DNA of 64,000 nt from Eledone cirrhosa (lineage: Eukaryota), in contig OZ024742.1 of assembly GCA_964016885.1 (NCBI GenBank), positions 213,714,001 through 213,778,000 on the forward strand, in the 5' to 3' direction. Position numbers and translations under genes: made by a program. A model generated the notes under the pieces. That model did no database searches, was not told the DNA's origin, and saw nothing but the letters and a program-made list of their open reading frames with translations. Within the stretch, counting starts at the first letter, position 1. Each line of letters starts with the position of its first letter. Positions 53,379 through 64,000 of this stretch are shown here, piece by piece.

Positions 53379-56300
53379 TTACCCACCGCATGACCAGAGT
53401 GGCCCACTCACACGGGCCATTCTCGCCACATTCACCCACCTTTCAGCAAATGTATGGAGGGCGGGGGGCAGCACTTCTCTCTCCGCCCTCACCTTCCTTT
53501 CCAAGTGAAACTTGAAAAAGTTGATGAGGGATTGGCCGAAGAGAAAAGTGTCTGTCTTCAGTCCTTTCAACCTCGCCCACCATACAACCTCTTTCGCTAC
53601 TGCCACCAGACAGAGGAAAATTGCCTGCCCTTCCTGGTCAAAAGAAGGCGGCGGGTCGATCTTCACTATGGACTCGGCCGATAGCCGGATCCGTTCTACA
53701 CGCGACAACAGCTGTTCGACATAACTTCACAAGTCAGTAATGCACGGACACTGGACGAGTGCGTGCAGAACGGTTTCGTCGGTCTGCGCGCATCTCGGGC
53801 AGGTCCGTCTGACATCACTTCCGTGCCTGTAGAGTTTATCTCGAACCGGCAGTTCCCCCCGGTAACACTGCCAAGTGAGGGATTTTTGGAAATTATCCAT
53901 CGTCCCCGGCTCGAAAGTCCTCCGGTACACACTGGTTAGTTCGACTTCGTCGACTCCCAGAGCCTCTCCGAGTGCGTCGTCGCACTTGCCCACCACTAAT
54001 CCTCTATAGAACTCGAGAGTGGAAGTTCCACTGACCGCATTGCCCGCCTGGTAGAGGGCAGTGAGTGCCTGGCAACATTCCAGATGCCAGTCACCCAGTC
54101 TCGGTCTCTTCTTGACCCAGGACTGCAACTCAGTCAAAGAAACGAGCTGCGAGAAGGCCCGTCTGACAAACAGCGACCACACCTGTTCACCGTTTAGGCA
54201 GAATATCTGGAGATGCTGCAGCTTCAGCATGCGTCTGCGCATCATTAGCCACGGCATGCCCAGCCCTCCACGTAGAGGGTGCTGGCAGCAGTTGGACCGC
54301 CTCCGCAGCGGAACCTGACCCCTCCACAAGAATTTGAAGAGGAGCCGCTCCAAGATGGCGAGGCGCGAACGGGGGCAAAGGACGACGGTCAGACGGTAGT
54401 AGAAGACGGACGCGATGTACGCGTTCACCACTTCCGCCCGACCTTTCAGTGATAGGTTGCTCCCAGCCCATTTCTGGGTGAGACTGGCTACCCTTCCCCT
54501 CACCTCATCCCAATTCTTATCCACCTGGAGGTCTGGCCCGAACCAAACCCCGAGCAACTTTACCGGTCCGTCCGTCCAGCGCCTAACGACGCTGTTGGAC
54601 GGCATGGACTTGCCTCTCCAGGTGCCGAGTTGCAAGCCCACCGACTTTTCCGGGTTAAGTTTTGCTCTCGTCAACCTTTCATATTCCTCCAATAAGTTGC
54701 CGACCACCTCGATTTCTGAAGTGTCCGACACCATCACGGTGATGTCATCCACATAAGCCGACACAGCCTTTCCACGCCCCGGTTCGAGCGGGATGCCCTG
54801 CAGCAGCTCCAGCTTCCGCAGTAAAGGCTCGAGAGTCAATACGTACAGAAGGGAGGAGAGAGGGCACCATTGACGGACTGATCCGGAGACCTGAAACGGT
54901 TCCGAGAGGTGGCCATTAATTTTGACCACCGAGCAGGTGCAGCTGTGCATCGCAGCGATCCAGCTTCTGAAGACAGGGCCGAAGCCAGCCGCCTTGAGGA
55001 CAGCCTCCAGGTACCGATGGTCGACCCTATCGAATGCTTTCAATTGATCTAAATTGATCAGAGCCCCACCGAAGCCAGGTTTACACCCTACCCTCTCTAT
55101 GATGTATCGCATTAGATGGAGGTTGTCGTGTATGGACCTGGTTGGGATTGCGCAAGTTTGCGCCTCCCCAACCAAATCCCCGACGACAAGCGCCAACCTC
55201 TTCACTAACACCCTGGCCGAAATCTTAAACTCTGTATTGAGCAGAGTTATGGGCCTGAAATTGTCTAATGTGTCCCTCTTGTTCTCGTCTTTCCTTATCA
55301 GCGTCACTACGCCCCGGCTCACAGAACTGGGAATACTCCCGTTTTGCTGCCAGTTGCAGTAGAGAGCTTCGAGGAGATTGGAGAACAAGTCTGGCATATT
55401 TACGTAAAGCTCGTAGGGCAGACCATCCAAACCGGGTGACTTGCGCCTCATGCAGCCGACAAGAGCATCCTGAATCTCGGCTGAAGTAATTGGCTTTTCG
55501 CAGCGCCCAGCGTCAGCCGTCGAGAGTTGCGGCAAGCCATCGAGGTAGGGACTGAAGTCCGCCACCGTCTCTGACCCGCCACTTCCCCCGAACAACCGAG
55601 AAAAATGTTGGCGAAAGGCCTCACATATCCGCTTGGAATCGCTCAGCTCGTGTCCGTCTCGGTCCGTCAAAGACCGAATAGTGGTTTTATTACCACGCTG
55701 CGCCTCTGCCACGTGGGCCCATCGAACAGCTTTGGTTCCCTCATTTCTCAGAACACGCGCCTTACCTCTGACAATGCAACCTTCGTGTTTCGCATTGAAG
55801 AAATGGTCTAATGCCATTCCCGCCACTAGCACGTCAGTTACAATGTCACTACCAATAGCCTCGTCTAACTTATCTACCAACTCACCCTCCTTTCTATTTT
55901 TCTCTAACGCTACTTCTTTGCTAAATTCTATCGACATTACTCTCATCTCTCTTTTGATAGCCCCCCCCCCCACCATCTATTGTTGACGACTCCCCCTGTC
56001 AACCTTTTCTTAACTAAATTGTTGACCTGGTCCCTGTAAGCCTTACGTGTCGGCTAATGTTTAGCTTCCAGTAACCAGGTCTTAACCTACGTGTCTTATC
56101 TAGGTCGACCATACAGATCACAAACTTGTGATCTGAATAGGCGACCGTTTTAAAACGTGGACAGCTTACACTATTTCTGTCTATTTTCCTAATGAATATC
56201 CTGTCTATATACGATCTAGATGACCCTATACGGTTAGTCCAGGTCCACACTGGCGCATTAGGGAAATCTAGTCGGTACCTGTCCGACAGTTAGAACTGGC

Positions 56301-56806
56301 TGATCAGGTTCTTGAGGCTTTTGCACCCCCCTCCTATCGGATACTCCCACACAGTCCCAGTGTGCGTCTAAGATGCCGTTCCAGTCCCCCGCTAACAGTA
56401 AAGGGCGAGACGCACCCAGAAAGGCTTCCAGGCGTCTAAAGAAGTCCGGCCGTCCTGCCCCAGTAGGGGCATAGACGGCCAGCAGTCTAAAGGCACCACC
56501 TTCGTTATTGTTCACGTCCAAGACCACCAACTTCCCGTCCGTGTCCCGGACGATCTACCTTACCTCGAGATCCAGGCCTTTCCTAAACAGCACTGCCACC
56601 CCGCATCCCATTCCCGGCCGGCTAACAGATGCAAAGATCTGATAGTCGTCGAAAATGGGGGATAGTGCGCGCGTGTCGGAAATCCTGGTCTCGCTGACGG
56701 CAATTACATCCATTTCTAGAGACCTGAGGTCGTTGAGCAGGTGACCCTGTTTCCAGGACAATCCCAGGCCTCGGACATTTAAACTTCCTACTGTTAATAC
56801 GGCCAT
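53379..56806 (-). pseudogene. Tx1-like ORF2 (APE + RT + CCHC) broken by a few frameshifts; longest piece 53727-55976
   Basis: VGSLNVRGL, KSPGLDGLP, NFRPITLLN, KAFDRVDH, SAYVDDIT, CPRC...ETVLHALVQC. Confidence 0.93.
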
Positions 56807-57511
56807 GTTGGCAGGTTAAAAAGAGAGAGAGAAAAGGTTTACTTACCTTCCGGCTCTTGTGTAGGTCGGGTTGTTCGACCTCCATAGTAGGTGGGGTTTC
56901 TTTTGGGAACCCCTTTAAAAGTCTTGAAGTGGGTTTTACGTTCGGGGTTTCAACGTCCCGAGGAAAGCTGTCTCGTATCTCTTTGTATAAATCGAGCGTC
57001 ATTCGCACTAGAAACAAATCTTCCGGCACACGAAATGTGCTCGATTTAAACATTTCACCCTCTTTTTGTATATTTTCACTTCGTGCTACGAGGGCCATCA
57101 GTTCCTTGTTGGCCCTCCTGACGAGCACGAAGTTTTGTATGTTTTGTTGGTGTGATTTTATTTGTTTGCGTGACTGTGGTGGTGATGGTTTTGGTGGTGT
57201 TGTTTCGGTTGTGTCTGTGTTTGTTGTGAGTGCGGTGTTAGGAGTGCGGTGGTTTCAGATGTTTGTGTGTGTATTTGTTCTGTTTAGGTTGTTTGCGTTT
57301 GGGGGATTCTGGTGATGGTGATGGTGGTGTTGATGTTGGTGTTATTGGAGAGATGTTTGCGTGGGTGGTGTCTGCATATTTATTGTGGTTGATTTTGTGC
57401 TTTGTTGAGTTTTTTTTTCCTTTTTGTGTTTCCATTTTTGTATTTTGGGGGATTTTGGTTTTCTCTCATCTTCACTACTGGTAGATGAGTGGTCTGTGTC
57501 TGTAAGTGTGT

Positions 57512-58678
57512 TTATGTTTTTGTTGGTGTGTGTATTTTTTGGGGGGGAGGGGGAATTTGACAACTTTCCTCGTTTCCCCACTGGGTGGTCAATGTTGGTG
57601 GTGGTCTTTCTATTGGTGTTGTTGTTGGTGGTTTTGCCGGTGCTGGTGTTGTTTGTGGTCCTCGCCCCGGCGTCGGCAGCAGTGGAGCCTTTCGACCCCT
57701 TGCATCTTTCAGCAGTTGGGGCAGACGGCTCGCAAATGGTTTTTTTTCCCCACAAACAAAACAATGCTGCCTTTTGCCCTCGGTCATAATATGAATGACC
57801 ATCCCATTCTGAAGGCGGATGTGGTCCGGGATTGTCTTCACATTCTCCGGCCTTATCTGGAGAAGGATCTCCAGTTCAACCCCGGACCCGTCCTCTCTGG
57901 CCGTTCTGGTCACTTCTATAGGGACTGTATCCGTCCCCTCCACAATCACACATCCCAGAAGCCACCACATGTCAAGTCCTGGTGGGATTCTGGGAATGCG
58001 GAGACGGGCCGTTCTTTTTCCCATGTGGAAGGGGTACATTATGACCTTGCTGGTTTTGCAAGGAGTCATAGCGTGTTTCATAGCGAGGGCTTCTGACTTG
58101 AACAGCACCGAAATGGTGCCGTACTGTCTGCCCCTCGCTACGTATTCAGTGTCTTCTCTGATGCACCTCAACGCGACTTCGACATCTGCTTGTGGGATTA
58201 AAGCTGCCCTTTTGGTTTGAGCTGAGATGCATCTATAACGCACCGTTCTGCGCTCCACTGCCTCAATAGCTTCTACCGGGACAGTTAAGTTGGCCCAGGT
58301 TTGCTCTTGCTTGATGAGCTTCCATGCCTGGGTCAACTGTTCATCTTTGTCTGAAGGGTCCATGTTGAAGCATGGCCTCTTTTTTGCTGCTGCCGAAGCG
58401 AAAGTGTTCTTCTTGTTGTCGTTGGAGGTGTTGTTGTTGTTGTCGTTGTTCTTGTTGGTGTTGTTGTTATCACTGTCGCTGTTATCATTGTTGTCTTTGG
58501 TGCCACCGTTGTTCTCGGTGCAGTTAGTATTGTTGCTGTTGCTGTTGTCGCTATTTGTTTTCATGTTAGTGATGTTGATATTGTTGTTGCATTTGTCATT
58601 TTTTCTGTTCTCTGTATTTTCGTTGTCGCTGTTACTGTTATTTTTTTTCAAAATTAGAGTTCTCAGTGTTGTTATCAT
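57512..58678 (-). CDS. Tx1-like ORF1, Asn-rich N-terminus; frameshifted at the zinc knuckle, continues to about 56840
   Basis: TFASAAAKK...DKDEQLTQAWKLIK...WWLLGCVI...HCFVCGE. Confidence 0.8.
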   Translation of the reverse strand: MITTLRTLILKKNNSNSDNENTENRKNDKCNNNINITNMKTNSDNSNSNNTNCTENNGGTKDNNDNSDSDNNNTNKNNDNNNNTSNDNKKNTFASAAAKKRPCFNMDPSDKDEQLTQAWKLIKQEQTWANLTVPVEAIEAVERRTVRYRCISAQTKRAALIPQADVEVALRCIREDTEYVARGRQYGTISVLFKSEALAMKHAMTPCKTSKVIMYPFHMGKRTARLRIPRIPPGLDMWWLLGCVIVEGTDTVPIEVTRTAREDGSGVELEILLQIRPENVKTIPDHIRLQNGMVIHIMTEGKRQHCFVCGEKKPFASRLPQLLKDARGRKAPLLPTPGRGPQTTPAPAKPPTTTPIERPPPTLTTQWGNEESCQIPPPPQKIHTPTKT

Positions 58679-59017
58679 TGGTCTCTTTGTTTACATTGTT
58701 TGTGGTGGTGTTTGTTGTATCAATTTCTGTTAATTTCGCCGTAGCGCTCCTCTCAACTTCTACGTCGTTGTCGCACGACAGCAGACATATCGCTGGGGGC
58801 GTGACTCAGCCATGTTTTTTTTTTCTCGATAATTTTTTAAAATGTAAAAAAGTTCAAATATTTGGGCCAAAAGGCCCAAATATTATTCTTTCCCCTTCAC
58901 AGGGAAAAGTCCAAGGGCTTGTATGCCTTACACAACAACAAAAATTTCAATAAATTAGTTTTGACAGGTAAATAAGTGAACTTACGGGAGTGAGCAAAAA
59001 GACGTCCGTTCAGACTC

Positions 59018-59226
59018 AATAATAATAATAATAATAATTGTTTCTACTTTTGGCACCAGGCCAGCAATGACCCAGTACATTACTGGTACTTTATTTTATC
59101 GACCCCGTAAGGATGAAAGGCAAAGTTAACCTCGGCGGGATTTGAACTCAGACCATAAAGGGACGTAACTATGCTGGAAAGCATGGCGTCCGACCCTCTA
59201 CCGATACTACCAATTCACCGCCTTTG

Positions 59227-59261
<35 letters not shown>

Positions 59262-59985
59262 TGTTTCTACTTTAAGCACAAGGCCAGCAATTACCCAGTG
59301 CATTACTGGTACTTTATTTTATCGACCCCGTAAGGATGAAAGGCAAAGTCAACCTCAGCGGGATTTAATAATAATAATAATTGTTTCTACTTTAGGCACA
59401 AGGCCAGCAATTACCCAGTGCATTACTGGTACTTTATTTTATCGACCCCGTAAGGATGAAAGGCAAAGTCAACCTCAGCGGGATTTAATAATAATAATAA
59501 TTGTTTCTACTTTAGGCACAAGGCCAGCAATTACCCAGTGCATTACTGGTACTTTATTTTATCGACCCCGTAAGGATGAAAGGCAAAGTCAACCTCGGCG
59601 GGATTTGAACTCAGATCGTAAAGGGACGTAACTATGCTGGAAAGCATGGCGTCCGACCCTCTACCGATACTGCCAATCCACAACAATAATTGTTTCTAGT
59701 TTTCGCACAAGGCCAGCAATTATCCCCATAAAGGGCCGTAACTCTTTGCTGCAAAGCATGGCGTTCGACCCTCTACCGATAGGTACAAGGCCAGCAATAT
59801 GGGGGAGGTGAAAGTCGATTTAATCAATCCCAGTTCGATACCGGTACTTTATTTTATTGACCGCGTAAGGATGAAAGGCAAAGCTAACATCAGCGGGATT
59901 TGAACTGAGAATGTAAAGGACCGTAATTATATGCCACAAAGCATACTGTACGACGTCCTACTGGTTACTGCCAATACACTGCGTT
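59018..59985 (-). repeat. tandem SINE array including three near-identical 120-bp units (about 59247-59606)
   Basis: Lines beginning 59281, 59401 and 59521 are identical; period 120 bp. Confidence 0.95.
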
Positions 59986-60579
59986 ATATTGCTATGACGC
60001 TGAGATTTGAATGCATATAACTTTACTAGAACAGAAGATATATGATAAGTTGTCTTCGCTATTTTTTTACTCATTGATTCATTTTATGGATAAATATTTA
60101 ACTAAGGGATGGAGGTTAAAGCGAATAGCTTTACCTCCATAATCAAAATTGCTACAGAAACGAAGAAATTCGCCCAATGCAAAAAGAATTGAAGAAATTT
60201 TATTTGTTTCTCGAAAAGATTCACATTCAATCGCTGCCAGACATGCCGATTCCAAGTTTTGGAAGAATATATTTCAGGCTTAAAACATCGACTTATAAGT
60301 CAACTCTGACTTCTCTCCTTTCTGGGTCGATAATTAAAATACCAGCCTAGAAGAGTATATAGGCAGATTTGTCAGAGTGTCGGACGAGATGTGTTGCGGT
60401 ATATGTTACAATTTTGTTTTCTGAGCGAAATGTTTCGCCTTGGTGGCGATTGCCAGGCCTAATCTTCCGAGCACGTGAGCATCTTGCCCAAACCGCATTT
60501 GGACGGATAAGCCTAAAGCCAACACAATTGTTGAGAATTTATCCAGCAGTAAATCGGAGATGGCTGGACCGAATATATA

Positions 60580-60639
<60 letters not shown>

Positions 60640-60642
<3 letters not shown>

Positions 60643-61615
60643 GTGGTTACACAACAGTTAGTTCACCATACCGAGAACAATTGTTTCACCTTAGCGGATC
60701 CTCAGCTCGTAATGGACATGGTTATACGGAACAGGAAGGACAACGGTACGAACGCGCATGCGCAGAAGCGGTCACTTCACACAGGTAATACTAAATTGCG
60801 TGCGAGAGGTGTAAGGGAGATAACTGCGAAAGTCCGAAAGTTTCTAGTTGATAAGAAAATTAGGATGTTGTTGTAATTCAATCCGGAGCTTTGTAGTTAT
60901 GTAAGAGGTGTTTCCAGACGTGTGGACAACGTGTGAAGAATTCATTTCTCGTGTTTAGGCAATCATTATTGCGTAATCTCTTTAGAATATTTATTCGTTC
61001 ATCAATACATAGTCCACACGACGGATTGCCCCTTACGTATGGCTTGGACTTAGTGATGGCTTTCCATTGAATGGAGTAGTCTATACTTGAGTCCTTGAGG
61101 GACCATACCATACGTGGCTCGCGAGTTTCGTGGATGAACGTCTGTCCGGGTACCTAAAGGTCGACTGGTGGTTTAGGAAGCGTTCCTTAAGTCGGCCCTC
61201 CACCGTACCCACATAGGATTTGACCTCCTGTGGTTGATTTGGTCGGTTGGAAGTGACCACAGCTTCATAAACTACAGCGGGTGTGTTGCATTGCTGTTGA
61301 AGGGGACAAGCTTCGGGCTTACGGCAAGAGCACCCTGGTGGGTTGTTGCTCTTAGGGTTGTTGGTGATGTGGGCCTTCATATTCTTAGCGCAGGTGTATC
61401 CTAGTTTTACTTTGTGTCGGTTAAAGATGGAGCGGTATTTATGACCTATGGGAAAGTGTCTATCTAAGAGGGCTAGACATTTTTTGCCTACATTGGTTTT
61501 AACGTTGAGAAGGGAGGAGAGAACCAGATAGTTTGTCTATTGTTACGCTTTCTTTTCTCATTGCTGTTATTGTTAGTGGGAGAGTAAGTGATAGGTTGCG
61601 AGAAGCCACTCTTAG
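60640..61615 (-). mobile_element. 5'-truncated Penelope-like (Naiad-like) copy: GIY-YIG plus terminal repeat
   Basis: Close paralog of 25740-26698; CSCRKPEACPL...VVY...YVG...CGLCIDE...RCPH. Confidence 0.92.
60672..60709 (-). ncRNA. minimal type I hammerhead ribozyme motif
   Basis: cgag-CTGAGGA-tccgctaaggt-GAAA-caattg-TT-ctcg; palindromic stem III AACAATTGTT; stem II weak; paralogs at 24559-24596 (-) and 26630-26667 (+, core mutated). Confidence 0.7.
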
Positions 61616-61624
61616 CTAACTGTG

Positions 61625-62058
61625 TAGATATGTATGCATGTATGCATGCGTGCATGTGTATGTAGGTATGGCTGTTATTGTATGTGTGGGTGTGTATGTT
61701 TTGAGTTATATGTGTGCATGTACATATGTTTTGTATCTGTACATGTGTACATGCAGTTATTAGATGTATAATTTTCGGAATGTTTTACATTTATGCACGT
61801 ATGTTCTTTTGGTTCTATAATTTCACAAATTTTTGCCAATAGAGAGAGAGAGTCGGTTTCTAACATACTTACAAGACTCTCTCGTTGGAATTTAATCAAC
61901 ATCAACTAGGTAGATATGTCTGCATGTCTGCATGCATGTGTGTGCAGGTATGGATGTTATTGTATGTGTGATTGTGTATGTTTTGAGTTGTATGTGTGCA
62001 TGTGTATATGCTTTGTATCTGTACATGTGTATATGCAGTTATTAGATGCAGAATTTTA
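61625..62058. repeat. diverged direct duplication of about 150 bp
   Basis: 61625-61775 resembles 61911-62058. Confidence 0.7.
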
Positions 62059-63137
62059 CATATTTTTACTGTTCCATTAATGGATTGTACTTGTAATTTC
62101 CTAACTATGTATATATGTATGGTCGGCGACTAAACCGGCAAACCTACCAAGCATGCTTGATAAGGAGCGTGATTTTGGACACCCTGCAGGATGAAAAACA
62201 AAATCTGTTAAAGGGTGGAGGAACTCAAGAGAGTCAACGGTCAACCAATAATTTTTTTTTTTTTGAGCGAGAGACTCCTAGTCTTCATTAAGATAGTTCG
62301 CTTGGAGAAGGTCATTCTGATATAAAACCTGCGACTTCATTTGCATCCAATGATGTTGACCAGTTCTTTTTGGGCAAATGTATTCGATGTTCAGAGAGCG
62401 GGATTGGACTATGCAAAACCATTCCTCACTTAAAACAGCTTCAAGCACAGGCATCGCTTGTTATGTGACAGTTTTTGTGAGGCATGGCATTGCTGGCTAC
62501 AGGACTAAAAACCCACGTCCATGATGCTCATGCTTAAGTATCAAGCGATGGCGTTACTCGAAATCGAGTTGCAGTCATCATCATCACGTATGTATGTATG
62601 GTGGTTAAACCACTGGGAGTGAAGGACTCCTAGCCTTTGTCAGGACATTCTTCTAGCAGGCAACTCAGGAAACTGGGATGACTCCGACATAAAACCTGCA
62701 GCTCAGTAGTTACCGATGATGTTGATCCTTTCTTCTTTTCAGGTTATAGCTACTGTCGCTCAGAGAGTGGGATTGGCTCAGTGCACAATCTTTCCTCACT
62801 TTAAAAAAAATCTTCACGGACAGCCATTGCACGATAGCATTAATTGATAATTATTAATAATTGTTTCTACTTTTGGCACAAGGCCAGCAATTTTACCCAA
62901 TGCATTACTGGTACTTTATTCTATCGACCCCGGAAGGATGAAAGGCAAAGTTAACATTATTAATAATGTTCGATAATGAGGGGGCAGCCATCATGTACAT
63001 ATGTATGTATGTATGTATGTATGTATGTGAGTGCATGTGTATGTATTTATGTATGTAAGTCAGAATTTAATGAATGTGTTTTGTGAGAGGGATGTAATTT
63101 TGAGGTGTAATGTTGGGATATAACAAAGTGATCTTAC

Positions 63138-63216
63138 CATAGGTACCCACAACACATGCCCATCATGTGATAACATAGTGCGCACAAAAGACCGCTTATA
63201 TCCTGGCTCATTTGCC
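63138..63216 (-). CDS. nAChR-like Cys-loop channel subunit, first visible exon (end of loop A through loop E); 5' exons outside window
   Basis: tttcag|g acceptor, atg|gtaaga donor; reads ANEPGYKRSFVRTMLSHDGHVLWVPM, matching the nAChR 'NAD...G.V.W.P' region; phase-0 join to next exon. Confidence 0.88.
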
Positions 63217-63585
63217 CTGAAAATATAATATATATGTATATATATATAATGGTTTCTGATATTGACATCAGGCCAACAATTGTGTAGTGGGGAAAGTCAA
63301 ATAAATCGACTCCAGTGCATTAGTCGTTATTTTGATTGATCCTGTAAGGATGAAAGGCAAAGTTAATCTCGGAGGGATGTGAACTGAGAAAGTAAGGGGA
63401 CGTAACTACATGCATAAAACATGTTCCGAGGCTCTACTGGACCACCGCTCACTTGTTAATATATGTATATATATAAGGTTTACGAAAATTGTTCATATTA
63501 CCTCAACGGTCTCTGGCCAACGCCTTACCCACTCAATGAATCTGCGAAATTGCAGAAATAATACTGAATAGCAAGTACAGTTTTG

Positions 63586-63676
<91 letters not shown>

Positions 63677-64000
63677 TAGAAGAAATAGGGTCTGTGTAGT
63701 TGCTGGATAAAGTGTATTTAGAAATAAGAGGAAAGCACAACGGGGGATATTTCCCATCATCAGTTGTCTGCTGGAGACCACGGACATTTCTACACATGAA
63801 AGACAATATGTCTTGCTCCAGTGCTTCAATAACTAAAGGAAGTTATTGGGGGGAAAAAGGAGAGAGAGAAAAAAATTTAACAGAAGGGAAAAAAGAAAGA
63901 AAAAAAGAAAAAAAAAACACATACCGAAGAGGTAAACACGAAAAGCACATGTATGTACGCAACCGAAGAGAAAGTAAGGCAAGTCAAAATTAGCTACTGG

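Larger units (their letters stand above)
53135..59017 (-). mobile_element. full-length Tx1/L1-clade LINE (about 5.9 kb) inserted in (AAT)n between SINE units
   Basis: 5' UTR, ORF1, ORF2 (APE-RT-CCHC), AATAAA at 53142-53147 (-); (AAT)n on both sides. Confidence 0.95.

Noticed and set aside
57424-58733. Antisense ORFs over Tx1 ORF1 (Leu/Val-rich, membrane-protein-like) and over the RTE and CRE elements
   Set aside because: Shadows of AAC-rich or GC-rich sense coding sequence
59018-59985. CRISPR-like repeat array
   Set aside because: Eukaryotic context, no unique spacers, units are SINE fragments
63501-63541. Possible additional upstream receptor exon (cgcag ... gag|gtaat)
   Set aside because: The only open frame (FIEWVRRWPETVE) lacks the expected W.PDI.LYN motif and has the wrong end phase

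Overview
AT-rich, microsatellite-dense animal genomic DNA. The SINE/LINE/Penelope repertoire suggests a cephalopod, probably Octopus (inferred). One host gene is visible: five minus-strand exons (63138-63216, 51009-51378, 49475-49558, 40959-41074, 19930-20346) that splice in frame at canonical GT-AG sites into the C-terminal 354 aa of a divergent nicotinic-receptor-like Cys-loop channel subunit; its 5' exons lie beyond the window. It keeps the Cys-loop and M1-M4 but has lost the acetylcholine-binding signature: loop B Trp is Glu, loop C is CxxC rather than YxCC, and M2 9' is Met. The rest is mostly transposon-derived: a full-length RTE LINE with an 18-bp TSD, two Tx1/L1-clade LINEs both abutting (TTA)n, an RT-less CRE-like element with an open endonuclease ORF, several Penelope-like elements with inverted ends and minimal hammerhead ribozyme motifs, tandem tRNA-SINE arrays, and hAT and Tc1/mariner MITEs. 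All family assignments are by motif recognition; no searches were run.
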